Positions 44,451 to 58,484 of a DNA stretch of 64,000 nucleotides are shown here, in pieces. Source of the DNA: Paramecium tetraurelia (lineage: Eukaryota); the NCBI GenBank assembly GCA_000165425.1, contig CT868649.1, positions 496,001 to 560,000 on the forward strand, given 5' to 3'. How positions within the stretch are numbered: position 1 is the first letter of the stretch; the number at the start of each line of letters is the position of its first letter. The position numbers and the translations under genes were made by a program. Under the pieces are notes generated by a model. That model searched no databases and was not told the DNA's origin. It saw nothing but the letters and a program-made list of their open reading frames with translations.

Positions 44451-45775
44451 ATGGCCACTCATTATAGATTAGATGAATAGCATCATTTGCTTTCAACTCA
44501 TAAAACAAAGTTCCAATTACCAAAAGGACACTTCTTATTTACATCTGAAAGTGTTAGCTCCGGTCATCCTGACAAATTGTGTGACTTCATTAGTGACAGC
44601 ATTCTTGATGCTTGTTTAGACCAAGATCCCAATTCTAAAGTAGCATGTGAATCCGCATGCAAAAACTCTCTTGTTATGGTATTCGGTGAAATCACAACAA
44701 ATGCTTAAGTGCCCTATGAGACAATCGTTAGAGAAGCAATCAAGAACGTTGGTTATGATAACATAAGTAATCCAATTAACTTATTACATCATTTAGACAA
44801 GGGATTGGACTACAAGAATGCATCCATTATAGTCTCATTAGACCAATAATCTAGAGAGATTAATCAAGCTGTCGTGGGTGCTAAACACGAAGACGAGATT
44901 GGTGCTGGAGATTAAGGATTAATGATAGGATATGCATCAGATGAAACCCCTGAATTGATGCCATTGACTCATCATCTTTGCAATAAACTAATTGCAAGAC
45001 TCCAGGAATGCAGAGAAAAAGAAATCTGTCCTTGGATGAGACCAGATGCTAAAGTTTAAGTTACCGTTGAATACAAAAGAGTATGGTGCAACATTCTTCC
45101 CTGTTAGAATACACAATGTCTTAATCTCATAATAACATGATGAAAAAATCACACATAGTGAAATATAAGCCGAATTACATTCTCATGTTCTTAAGTATGA
45201 CTTAATTCTATTCTCAAAGGCATGTTTTACCTCAATAATATGTTGATGAACATACTCAATACCATTTGAATCCATCCAAAGCATTTACTGTTGGTGGACC
45301 ATATGGCGATGCAGGATTGACTGGTCGTAAAATCATTGTAGATACCTATGGTGGATGGGGTGGCCACGGTGGTGGTGCATTCTCAGGAAAGGATCCCACT
45401 AAAGTTGATAGAAGTGCTGCTTATGCTGCCAGATGGGTTGCCAAATCATTAGTAGCCTCTAAATTATGCAAAAGAGTCATGATTTAAGTTGCCTATGGTA
45501 TTGGTATCAGTGAACCATTGTCAATTTCTGTTAATTCATATGGAACACATGCAGAAGGTTATGATGATGATGATCTATCTGAAATTGTCTAAGAAAGCTT
45601 CGATTTGAGACCAGGAGTTATTATCAGAGAACTTCAATTAAGAAGACCCATTTATGCTAAAACTGCTTCAGGTGGTCATTTTGGTAGAACTGAACCTGAA
45701 TTTTTATGGGAAAAACCAAGAATTATAGATATTGCTGCATGGAAAGCTCATAAGGAATAATAATAATAAAAATGA
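44451..45775 (+). CDS. MAT: S-adenosylmethionine synthetase (requires a +1 frame change near 45075-45081)
   Basis: [54 protein letters not shown]; introns 44767-44796 and 45195-45219. Confidence 0.93.
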
Positions 45776-45815
45776 ATTGATATTATGTTAAAAATATAAA
45801 TAAACAAGTAATACG

Positions 45816-48800
45816 TCATTTTTTCTTATTTAGCTCAGCTCCTAACAACTTTATCTATTCCCTTAACTACAAATTTTCAATCATTGTTCTCTATCATAAT
45901 TATATTCTATTTATACTTCTATTATTTCTTAGATATTTTATTTCTTCTTCAATTACTGAATCAATTTAACATCCTCTTTTTCTATTCTAATATTATAGTG
46001 TATAATTTTACATATCAGCCTCAGTTAAATTTGGATATGCTTTACTAAAATGGTATGCTAACAATTGAATATATGACACTTTTTCCTCTAATTCATTTGT
46101 CAATTTAATTATTTTCCCTGACAATTGATCCTTTAATGTTTTATTCAGCATCTCTAATTCTTATACTCTATTTGCCAAAGATTCCACTACTATTTTATCT
46201 TTTTTTGTTAATGGAGCACTCGACACTTATTTCTATCTTGCCTAAAAGTCCTTTTATGCATGCACTTCCTTGATTAAATTCTATAAATCTCCCTACATCT
46301 ATATTATTCTTTATTCTTTCTATTGATTATCCTTGTTTAACTCATCTATTTCTCTCATGCTTTTAATATTCAATTCATCCAGCTATTACTTTATTATTTC
46401 ATAATTCTTAATTGAATCTTTATACTAACCTTCCAGAATTGAAAAATCTTACAATTACGATTAAAGTAACCTTTCTAATTCAATTATTTTTGTATTTTTT
46501 TGATCTTATTCTTACTATGAAATTTAGAGTAGCTTCTTTAGTTTTTCTAATTCTTCAATTGCATCATTTAGTTTTTCTTAAATCTAATAATTTTAACTAA
46601 ATTTACCTTTTATTTCTACTTCTCTATTAATTTCTATTATTTCTTTAGACTTTCTAATTCTTCAGATTATTTTTTATTTTTTTCTTATAATTCTTGGGTT
46701 AACTACTTAAATTAAATACTATCATTTTATGTATTATGTTGCTCTGCTATTAAAGCAAGTGCTTATTACAGTTCACTTTCTAATCTGAATTTGTCTTAAG
46801 AAATTATTCTTAACTCCTTTAGTTCTTGATGACATACTTTAATGTCTTCTTTCAATTGTTCATTTTGCTATTTAAACAGACCAATCTCAACATTGAGCTT
46901 TGAATTAATTATGCTTTGTTCATCAATTATTTATTAAAGAGCTGCGCATTTCTCCACTATGGTTTCCATAGATGTTGAATTTCTTGATAATTTCTAATTT
47001 TGCACTTTCGCTTTGTCCTCTTATTACGACTTCAGAGCAGCTAGTTCATTTGATAATTACTAAATTTGTATTTATTATTCCTTTGACTTTTTCTCTAATA
47101 TCTAATATTCTTTTTAAGGGATATTGTTTTATTTATCTCCTGTTTAAGCTTATTGATAAGAATGATTTTACAAATAAGGATTAAAATTAATTAAATTAGA
47201 AGATTCCTAGCTTTATTTGGCCTATTGTTGTTGAGTTAGAGATTATATTTATGCTTATTATTGTATAATTAACTTCTTTTATTCCTGAATCTCTCCTTTA
47301 AGTACTGCAATTTAATCGTTTAACTATTCTTTTTCTTGAGTAAGTTACTATTAAATTTCGAAATGTTCTTATTTTTATTTCAAAATCTCTGAGTTCAATT
47401 CTTTGATTTAATCACTCTCCTCATTATTATTATTATGATTATAACTCTAAAATTCTCCTTTCTATTAATTTGGTTAAGTCTGTAGTTCTTATACTTTAAT
47501 CTTAAGCTCCTCATTTTCAGTTTTTAGCTCCTTGCATTTAAAGTCCAACACCTCCATCTCATTTAAACTATTTTGCATCATTCTTCCTTCACTCTCAACA
47601 TTATTCAATTATTATTTCAATTCCTATATTAATCTATGTAAGTCTTCAATTTAGGATTCGTGCTTTTGTTTTTAAGATAATAAATTATTTTCATATTTCT
47701 ATTCCATTTGATATAGCTCTTCTTATATAATTGACAATGAGATATTCAATTAATCTAATTAGTTTTCCTTCTCTTTTAATTGAACTTAAGACTTTTGTAA
47801 TGATTATATCATTTCATCTTATTCCATTCTTTGTCTTTTTAGCAAAGTCACTTCCTATTAGTACTCTTCCTGCTTTCTCTCTAACTATTCTTATGATTAT
47901 TGTTTTTATTCTAAATTCTTAATTACTAGCTCTTCAATTTAAACTTAAAATGCATCATTTTCATCTTATATTCTTTTTTTCTATTCTTAAAATGCCATAG
48001 CTGCTGTTTCGAAATCATTTCGTAATTAAATCAAAGTATTCTAGTTTTCTTGATTTATTTTAGATTCCACATCCCTTGAATTTTATTCTAATTCAATCAC
48101 ATGCCCATTTTATAATTAGAGTATTTATTATTCCAATTAAAGATTTTAATTGTTTAACCCCAAAATTTGATCCTTCAACTATTGAATTTCTGCTGAATAT
48201 TATTATTCTTACTATTTTATGTATTGCACTTTTGTGTCAAGGTTCAATTAGGTTTCTTCTAACAGTACACTTTAATAGTTGAAATCGCTTACTAGTTTTA
48301 GTTCTTTTTCTTGCACTTATTTCAAACTTATTTTCATCTATTCTAGGTCAATATTTACTTATTCTTGTTTGTTTATTAAATCTTAGATCTATTACTATAA
48401 TTAATTTATTTTGTCTAAACTTTATTCATTATTTTTTTACTCTTCTATAATTTATGATTTCTATATATCAATTTCTTTTTAAAATTGTTAAATCATAGCA
48501 TTTTTTTATTCTTATTCTATTCTAACACTGTTCTATAATGTTTCATTTTCTTATTTTAAATTTTCCAGCTCTTTCAATTTTATTTGTATTTATTCCAATT
48601 CCTCAATCAAAATTTATTTCTCAGACATTTATTTATGTATTAACTCATTCAAATCTTCAATTTCTTTTTAATAAGAATTCATATTAAATTTCTCTTGATC
48701 CTTGAATTATTATAATTCTTATTAACAATCTAAGAACAATTATTTTTATATTTAAATCTCATTTGTAATTTCACACTTCTATTAATCATATTAATTGCTT

Positions 48801-51172
48801 AGTTATAATTTTTAGATATTTAATTTATTTTAAAGCAATTCATCGTACTCTAGAGAAAGTTTTTCTTGCAATGCAATATATTAGGCTTCATATTTTTACT
48901 TATTACTTTCTAAACTTGCAATTGTTTCTTTAAGTTCTTATTAAAGTTATTCTATATTTTTATCCTTTGAACTTTCATTTTGAGATGCCATTTCCAATTA
49001 AGCCTCACTAAGTAATTCTTAATCTTTTGATCTTTAAGTTAATGCTTAAATTTCTTAACTCAGTAACTTAGTGTTTGAGTCATTTTTTTATGATACTTAT
49101 TCTAAATCACTCATTTTTTAATTAATTGTTTCTGTCCAGATCAATAATTGATTTTAAAATGATGACTTAATTTATTCAAGTTGTTTTATTGTATCTTATT
49201 ATTCGTGAATTTACAAAGTTAAGATTTCAACTTACTTTAGAAGTTCTGAGTACTTCTATTCTGATTATTATAATTTTGATTGTATATTATTGCTTTCGTC
49301 CTATAACTAAGAAGTTTGCTATGATTTTTCTTCAATATCCAATCTTAAATTAGTTATCATTTCTTCTTTTTCTTATATTTACTTTTTAATTTTTTCATCA
49401 GAACTTGTTATTTCTTCCTTTGCATTAGATAGTTCTTATAAGATTTAAACTTTTTCTAAATTGCTACCTTCTTTCAGTTATTCTAGTTCTAATTAGAGTT
49501 AACTTTTATCCTTTTACAATTATTCTATAATGTCTTCAGATTAATTTAATTTTTGTTTTAATTGTTCCTAAACACCTGTTTCTTACGTAGCCTTTGAGAT
49601 ATTGTCATCAATTTGTTAAATTAGTTATTCATTTTAATCTTTTGATTATTAATTTATTATTTTCAAATCCTAAATTTATTTTTCTAAATCTAGTATCTGT
49701 TGTGAATTCTAATATATTTATTTTCCCTAATCTTCATTTTATATATTAAGTTGTTCAATTTAACTTTTCAAATCATCCTGTTATTTACTCATCAACTGAT
49801 TATTTTGCATTTATTATTATAATAGATTGTTAAATTCCTAAATCTTATCCTCTGAATTTTATTTGTCCTCTATTAATTTCTAATTGAGAGATTATATTGT
49901 ATTTTAAAAATTTTGAATATCTTGAAAAGTGTTACTTTCAATTTATTTTTACTCATTCTATTATTCTAGTATTTTAGATTCTAATTAATTTATTCTCAAT
50001 TCAGCATTTTCTTTTTCTTCTTATAGGTCTAAGTATTTTTTATCAAAATGTGATTTTTATTCAATTTCCTTCTAACACTATTCTTTTAGTTTTATAACTA
50101 GATTCTATTATTCTTCTACTTATCCTTTAAATTAAGAATTTTCATTGATGATCTATGAAATAATTTCTTCCTGCTACTGCAATTTAATTGTCTATTATTC
50201 ATTTATGTTATTAATATGTTATGACTTTTATTTCAAATCTTTAATTTCACTATTAACTTTTTCAATCTATTCATCTAAAGATTTAATAATTTTTTGGTTT
50301 TTTTGCTCTTAGGATGATAATTCTTAATTCAACTAATGAATTTCATTCTGCACCTTTTTTAATTATTCATTCTTTTCATTTAATTATCTTTCTAAAGACT
50401 ATTCTAGTTTAAGCTTTTCATTATTTGCATCTTTAGTTTTTTATTCTTCTTTTTTTAATTGTTCAGCTAAATTCTATACAATTATTTTATTATCTGATTT
50501 GATTATGTCTAATAAATTGTTTTATTCAGATAATTGTATTTTATAAGATTCAATTTCTTTTTTTTATTTTGCGATCAATTCTAAATTATTTTAATGCTTC
50601 TACAATTCTTATTATAAATTATCTTTAGTGGATTCTGATTTCTATAATCTTTCTATTAATGATTCTATATCTATTCTATGTTGATTATTCTATTCTAATT
50701 ATACCTCTTAAAGCTGTTGCTATTTTTATTCAGACTATTTTAATGAAACCTGCAATTTCTCAATTTCTGACTGTAAACTCTCTAATTAATTCTAATACTC
50801 TTTGATTTGGCTTTAATGCTCATTGTTTTAATGATCAAACTAACCTTGAAGTGATTCAATTTATTTTTATTAGAAAGTTTATGCTTCACTAAATTAACAT
50901 TCTAAAGCTTTATATTTTTAAATATAGTTTTCAAGCTCAAGATGTGAATGCTATAGATTTTCTTGTAATTGTTTTATTTATTAATTATCATCATTTTCAT
51001 TTTTTACAATAGATTCCTCTGCTATTTTATGTGCTCTTGGTTATTCATCCAATTCATTATTCTCAATCTACTAAATATCATTAGTTAAATCCTCTTTTTA
51101 ATTAATTACTTCTGTTTACTGGTTATCATACTCATTATATGTAGAATTCTATTCTTCTACTAAATTATCCAT
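45816..51172 (-). CDS. Giant Q/E/K-rich coiled-coil protein (about 1,780 aa)
   Basis: Heptad-like frame from MDNLVEEQN to ...AELNKKK*; not checked codon by codon. Confidence 0.75.
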
Positions 51173-51416
51173 ATAAATTTTTTATATAATTTTTTATTTT
51201 TATTTAATTTATTCATGTGATCATATGCTTGAAGACTGAATTATTTTTAATTCAGAATTATATTATAAAATACATTAATTATTCGAATATGAGAATTAGA
51301 AATTAGTTCATTTTATAATATTTATCATATATAATGGAAATTCTATTAATAACATATTTCTTTCATTATCTCATATTAATAATTAAAATAGCATAATTTT
51401 TAAGATTATTAATAAA

Positions 51417-52166
51417 ATGTTACTTTTTCCCTTGAATATTTATAGAAATCTGAACGAGCAATGCTCTTTGAGAAGATTATAGATTGACATGTTAGATCAT
51501 AAATTAAATTAATTGAATGATGATACTTGTGAAATTACAATTAAAATGGATAAAGATAATATATTATAAATATAGATGAGACCCAAAATTGGTCCCTATA
51601 AATTGAAAAATTACTTAGTAACATTTTATCTTATGCTAGTTTTTGTTAGATTTTAGAAAAAATTATCCCATCTCTCCTCCAATTATAACAATTGGGTCTG
51701 AAACTTTACATCCGAATATAGACAGAAAAAATTAAAAATTTTATTTACGATTAATAGAATAATAGAATTGGAAACCAATATATGGGTATATTTTGATAAA
51801 TAGAGTAGATTATTTGAAATCGTAGAAGAAATGAAAAAAACACTAATTCATGTGGATTTCACAATAATACCAAATGAAACTATCTGTCTTAAGATGGCAC
51901 AACAGATTCTAAACTAAAATCAATTAGACAATGAATGTGAAAATCAAATTAATAGTGAATATGATAGCGATTAGGAAACTTTTGATTTTGAAATTAGTAG
52001 AGCTTTCAAGATGAATTTTGAAATTGTAGATAGTTCTTAATATAACATCTAATTATAAAGTGATTCTTAACATATTTATTAAAATTTACCCGCAATAATT
52101 AATTTATAAAACACTTCGAAGCATAAGTAAAATGATAATATGTTTTTTATTAAAATAAAAAGTTGA
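51417..52166 (+). CDS. Ubiquitin-conjugating enzyme variant (UEV-like, no catalytic Cys)
   Basis: FQKNYPISPPII, LHPNID..KFYLRLI, NWKP. Confidence 0.72.
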
Positions 52167-52241
52167 ATGCATTTTTACTTATTTTGTTATAAATTTAGTT
52201 AAAAATATTATTAAAGAAAAGTGAAACATTCCATCAATAAA

Positions 52242-55200
52242 TCACTCTAATTATTCAATATCTTTATTTAGTTGTTCAATTATATAAAGTTCTGGCAACA
52301 ATTAAAACATACATTATCTAGTTTCATAACTATATTGTTTATTTTATATTAATACTTTAATAAAACCCTTTATGATTCTTCATTCAATAGTTTGTAGCTT
52401 ACCCATAAAATGAGTTGCTTATCTTTTTCTTAAAACTTAATTTAATTTTCAAGTTCTAAAAACGTGTGTCTGACTTTTTAGAATTTTTTGGCTCTCAAAA
52501 ATCTAATTTATGCCTTAATTTTTACCTATATTTAATGCCAGTTTTATCCCTTTCCCAATAATTCATCAATGACTCACTACCTTCACCATACTTTAACACA
52601 ATCTCCTTTTAAAATATGCCTAATTCTATTGACATTTCAGTAAACCTAGGAAGAGTTAGCATTTTATCTCCATTTTCATCTTGAAAATCAGCATTGTTAG
52701 TAAATATTGAAAGGAGTTAAGATTTGGATAATTTCTCTTAATGAATTGCTCTATATAAGGTTTTAAACTAAATTTGTAAGATTAAAAAGTACCTCAGAAA
52801 ATTCAATTAATTTATTTCCATCTAAATCAGCTGCTTTAAACAAGGATTCCAAAATACTCTATTAATCTTTTTTATTGTTGGAGTATAATTCTAATATTTT
52901 AATAAGCAAACTATCATGATTAATAAAATATCTTTAATTGTTTTATTGTTAATTTCTATATAACTATAATAAAGATTATATCTATTGTTAATATAACCAT
53001 CTAGATGATTTTTCTGTTAGAAATTCGCTGGCTTGTTCATAAGTTAACAATAAATCTACTTTACCATAATTGAGATCATTTTTTGATGAAAAATATTAAT
53101 AACTTTCTGTCAATAGTTTTTGTCCTATTTCATCCATTTCTCCTAACATATAACAAAATTATGCCAGTAATTAAGCTTTGATATGATTTCCTTTTTCATA
53201 TAAAATAAATTAATAAACCTATCGAATCTTTTTTTCAGCAACTTATTTAAATCCATATTTATTTTTATAATAATCATAGATACAGACATGAAATGGTATT
53301 TTATACCCTTCAGCTTATTTACAAATATCATTAAGTATCTAAGTAACTAATTTTTGTAATTATAATATTGAAAATTGTATTTTCTTATTTGGTTTCTTTT
53401 TCATTTTTACATCTGTCAATAATCCATTAGCTATGTCTGTATTCTAGCTATAAACTCTCCTGAATCTCTTGGCATTTTTCTATTCTAATTAGATAGGATT
53501 ATACCGACTCCTTATTTTGTTTTTCTGATCCTTATACTACATAATTACAGATTTCACTCTTTCACCCTAAATATTATTAATGATGCCAGGAGAAGATTCA
53601 AACTCAAACTCATCAGATTAAGACTCATCATTTTAAGATAAATTGATATTTTTGTCAAACTAATTTTGCCTTTATCCTTTTGATTTTATTTCAAATTAAT
53701 AGGAGGCTCTTGAATTCGAGAATTGATTGTTTGAATTATTAATTTCATCAAATTCTTAAGAAGATTTAATCTATGAAAGATACTTTTGTTCTAAAATGGA
53801 ATGCTTTTGGGTTTTACTTGACTTTTAATTTTTTACATTTAAAAATAGTTCATTATCTATGACAAGTTGTTATTTTCTTTATTAAGGTGATTATTGGTTC
53901 TACTATTAGGATCCATCTATTAATTATGATGAAGAGGGTTATTTAGGTATTTTATCAATTTTCTTTATAGTTAATTATTGTGAATTTCTTGAGGCAAATT
54001 ACTATTCACTTGGAATTTAATTATTATTTTCTTCTTTGAACTGTTCATTTTGCAGTGAAAATTTAGTTTATCTAGGAGTATTTGGTTACTTTTTTTGTTT
54101 TTATATATTTTGTAAACTAGGTTATCTTGCTTTATGTAATGAGATACTTAAATCATTATTGTTTGCTTTAATAATTGGTGTTTGATTTTCAGCAAATTGA
54201 TTGAAACTTGTTGAATTCTTAGTTTACTCCTAATTTATTACATGGTCTGATGAGTATCTTTCAAGATCTTCATCATTCAATTTTTTTTCATCTTCTGAGG
54301 CAATATATAATGAATCATTTTTGTCATTTCCTTTTATGATTCTTTTAAGTTATTTCTTAGCTTTTGATCCCTCATCTTAATCTTTGATTCTACTTCTATC
54401 TGTTAGTTGATAATCTAATTCATCTTATTCATCTATGTATTTATCATCTTATTAAACATTTTTAGATTCATGATAAATATCTGATGATTAATCATAACTC
54501 TTAAATTAAGATGAATCCTTTTCCTCTTCCAAAGTATCTAGTTAATTGATTTCAATATTGTAAGTTGTAGTTATCTATTTTAATGTACCTTATAAACTAC
54601 TTTTTTGTTTCATTAATCTCTTAATCTAATTTTTTTTCTATTTTATTATTTGAATAAAATCCTAGACTGCTTAAGTGAGCTTAGATTCTAATTCTTAATT
54701 TTCATCTTCTTTTTCCATTAAATCTATTTTCTTTTGGGTCTCTTCTTTTTCTAATAGAATCAATCTTGATGAAAGATGTTATGATTTTTTAATCGATAAA
54801 TTAATAGTCTCGCAGATAGATTCCTTACAATCTAATTCTGATTCCTAAATGAGAGATATTGCCTCTTTCAATCTTTATTCTAATATTAATTGTTCTTACA
54901 CGGATTTATAATTCTATTAATCTATCTCATATTACTGGTGTACAATTAATTAATCTTTATTTTATTATTATTCTTCCATTTGTAGAATTTAAGATTATAA
55001 TTTTTCTAATTATAAGATTTATTAATTTAATTCTTATGAGTTTAAATCTGTTTATGTTTCTTTTTAATCCAAATCCTATTAAACTTATACTTCCTCATCT
55101 ACATATTCAATATCAGGCTCTAAGATTTGTTGTTGAATCAAATCAAATTTTAGTTGCTATTCTTATTCTCTAAGTGATTCAAACTTTTCAAAATTAGTAT

Positions 55201-56418
55201 TCTTAACCTTCTTCTTATTAAATTTATATTCAGTTGCAATAGTCTTATAATTTAATAAATGAGATACAATACTCTTACCTTTAGCTAACTGAACATCTAT
55301 TTACTAATCTTCAAATTTCTTATTTTCATTGTTATCTTATGTTTTAAGTAGCATGAGTTATAGCAGTAAAGAGTCAATCTCATTTTTTTGTGTTTCGTTG
55401 GTTTCTATCAATAATCTCATTTCTGAGGTTAATAATAACATTTTGGCTTTGGTCATATTTAGTTCATCGATGGAATCAGAAGTTTCGTTTTTGATTGTTA
55501 GAATTTGATTTTAGTATTCTTGGTATCTGACTTTAGCAATTTCCATTTGGGAATCATGAAAACTTTAAATTCTTTACATTTATTCAAGATAAGATTTTTC
55601 TGATTCTCTTTGTTGTTCTGAGTAACATTTAATAATTTGGCCAATCAATTCCACATAAAAATCCCAAACAGTTTAAAGTAGATCTCCTCTTTCTGTGCAC
55701 TCAATACTCACTTATCTATTTGATGATTAAAACATACTTGATTAGTTCTCTAAGACATGAAGCATAGATAAGTTATATTCTTTCAGCCAATTCTCTAGTG
55801 CTCATATTTGAACTCTCTTATTTAGTGTAAGCAATCATCATGAATAACCAATCTCTCAAATCAATGGCTTGTTGTCTATTTGGTGGAATCATTTCTTTTT
55901 CTTGAATGGATTATTACATCTCTAATTTTAAAATTTCCCCAAAGTACTTTTACAAGTTTGTTGATCTTTGATTATCTTGAAACAACTCAGTAAAATCTAA
56001 TAAATGACCTTGAAACCTTTCCTTTTCCAAATTGGTATTAAAAGGTATGCGAGTATTAGTTTTACGATAGAGAGTGCCATAAAATGATTACAAATTCTTG
56101 TCGTATTTCTAATTTATGCATAATAAATACAGTTTATTAAAGTTCAGGCTCTTTGTATATGCTAGTTCCAAGTTTAGCAAAGTTTCTTTTTGTGGATCTA
56201 AGATATGAAATATCAGAGCAAGGTCCCAATTTTGATAAATTGATAACTGTTTAACCTTTAGGATTTAACTATTGTTTGACTGAATTTGGTATAGAAGTGT
56301 TGATTAATTGATCCCATTCGATTGAAGAACTTGGAGAGTGCATTTTAGATTTCACTTTGGTATCCAAATGATGGATTGATTGTGATTATTGAATTTCAGG
56401 TAAATAATTTTTTTGCAT
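52242..56418 (-). CDS. Large coiled-coil protein with an axonemal dynein light chain (p28-like) segment and a C-terminal EF-hand
   Basis: PPNRQQAIDLRDW..RQVSIECTERGDLLQTVW; LFKAADLDGNKLIEF. Confidence 0.7.
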
Positions 56419-56503
56419 AATAATTAGAAATTTGTGTTAAATAACATCTTAAATAAGACACTTTAAATTTTATTAGATTTGTTATCAATAAATTTATTTA
56501 ATA

Positions 56504-58164
56504 ATGGGAGCATGTAGTGGTAAATCAGGAGGAGATAAACAACAAGCGATGTCGAAAGAACAGAAACGTAAGCAAATTATTTCGACTCTTAGAATTGGCT
56601 GTAAATAAATTCGAGGTTGGCCCCAACATCTTTGTTAATCTAAAGTAGGGTGATATAACTGATACTTATATCATTAACAAAATATTGGGTGAAGGTATTA
56701 ACATCAAATTATCAGTCAGGTTCATACGGATAGGTGAGACTTGTCTAACATAAGAAGACTGGCTAATAAAGAGCAATGAAATAAATATAAAAAAAGAAAA
56801 TACTCAAGGAATAAGAGGACGCTATGTTTAGTGAGGTGGCCTTGCTCAAAGATATGGATCATTAGAACATTGTCAAATTATTCGAGTTGTATCAGGATAG
56901 TCAAAATTACTATTTGGTTACCGAATACTTGAATGGAGGGGAATTGCTAGATAAATTAACCAAGTTGTCAACCTTTAACGAGAGAACAGCAGCAGAGTAC
57001 ATGAAATAAGTATTATCAGCTCTCTCTTATTGTCATGCCTAAAATATTATCCATAGGTATATCACTATTTTATGTTATGTAGAGACATGAAACCATCCAA
57101 TATTATGTTAGCATCCCCAGATCCCAAATCCCCAGTTAAGGTCATTGATTTCGGTACTGCCAAAAAGTAACTCAGCGGGGAATCTTAAACTCAAGTGATC
57201 GGAACAGTATTTTTCTGATCTTATTATTATTATTATAGCCCTTGTACATAGCTCCAGAAGTCATTGACAAAAATTATACTGAAAAATGTGATATCTGGTC
57301 ATGTGGAGTCATTTTGTATTAAATTCTAACTGGAAAATTCCCATTTGATGTCAAGGTCCAAAGTTTACAATAATTATTCAATAATATCAAATCGGGAAAA
57401 TATAATTTTAATTCAAAAGAGTTTACTAGTTTGTCATTTGAAGCTCAAGCTCTCATTAAGTCCATGCTTTCGTTGGATCCCAAGAAAAGACCAGCAGCAA
57501 GTGAGATTTTGAATGATCCTTGGATCAAGGAAAAAGCAAAGGAGGACAAGATAAGTCTAGATGTTATGAATGATTTAGGCAAATTTCATGTACAAATTAT
57601 TATACTATTTGTTCCTAGAATGAAAGTAATATGAGGGCAGCCATTTTACAATTGATTGCAGGTGAAATGATGACGAACGAAGAAAAAGACCAATTAAATT
57701 AAACCTTTTAGAGTATGGATAAGAACAAAGATGGATAATTATCAAAGGAAGAGCTAATATAAGGTATTCATAAGTATCATAAATATAGCTTACACTCAAG
57801 TTTTTAATGATGAATTAAAGGCTAAACATTTAGTCGATGATATTTTCACATAAATTGATTAAAACAACTCTGGAAAAATAAGTTACACTGAATTTTTAGT
57901 TGCATCATCTAAGCAAAATACAATTTTATCAAAAACTAAAATTGATTAGGCTTTTAAAATGTTTGATAAGGTATTTTATAAGTTAATTATCGATAGGATG
58001 GTAATGGTCAGATTAGTAAACAAGAACTATAAGATATTATGTGTGGTGTAGATATTGATAATGCCTAATGGGGACAAATTATAGCTTAATGTGATAAAAA
58101 TGGTGATGGAATCATCTAATATGATGAATTTGCGAATATGTTATTATAAACTGCCAAAAAATGA
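56504..58164 (+). CDS. Calcium-dependent protein kinase (CDPK)
   Basis: MGACSG acylation motif; LGEGSYG, HRDMKPSN, DFGTA; EF-hands DKNKDGQLSKEE, DQNNSGKISYTE, DKDGNGQISKQE, DKNGDGIIQYDE. Confidence 0.94.
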
Positions 58165-58484
58165 TTTATTTTACATAAGTAATATTTGCATAATGGAATT
58201 TTTATCAACAAAATTAATCTAATATTTATAATCATCAGATAATTAAGCTAATAATAATAATTTGGAATTAGTAAGTTTCACATACAAAATAATTAATATT
58301 TACTCTTATGTTCCTTATCTACTTTCTCATAATATTTCTTAAGCATCTTTTATCAATTAAATATTATTTTTTTCTATTTATTTCTCAAGTTATTGCTAAT
58401 ACGTTAAAAGAAACAATGAATATGGGATTATAGTATTTAATAAATAATCATTATTAGTTATTAAATAAAATATTTTTAATTGAA

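Noticed and set aside
45009..45017. METTL16-type motif (TGCAGAGAA versus UACAGAGAA) in SAM synthetase
   Set aside because: One mismatch, explained by the codons for CRE, and not at a splice site or in an obvious loop.
45081..45107. GTA..TAG 27-nt intron as the fix for the SAM synthetase frame break
   Set aside because: Its length is 3n, so the frame is not restored, and splicing would delete the conserved GA..PVR residues.
45758..45769. TAA TAA TAA TAA as tandem stops or a microsatellite
   Set aside because: Poly-Gln codons preceding the real TGA at 45773.
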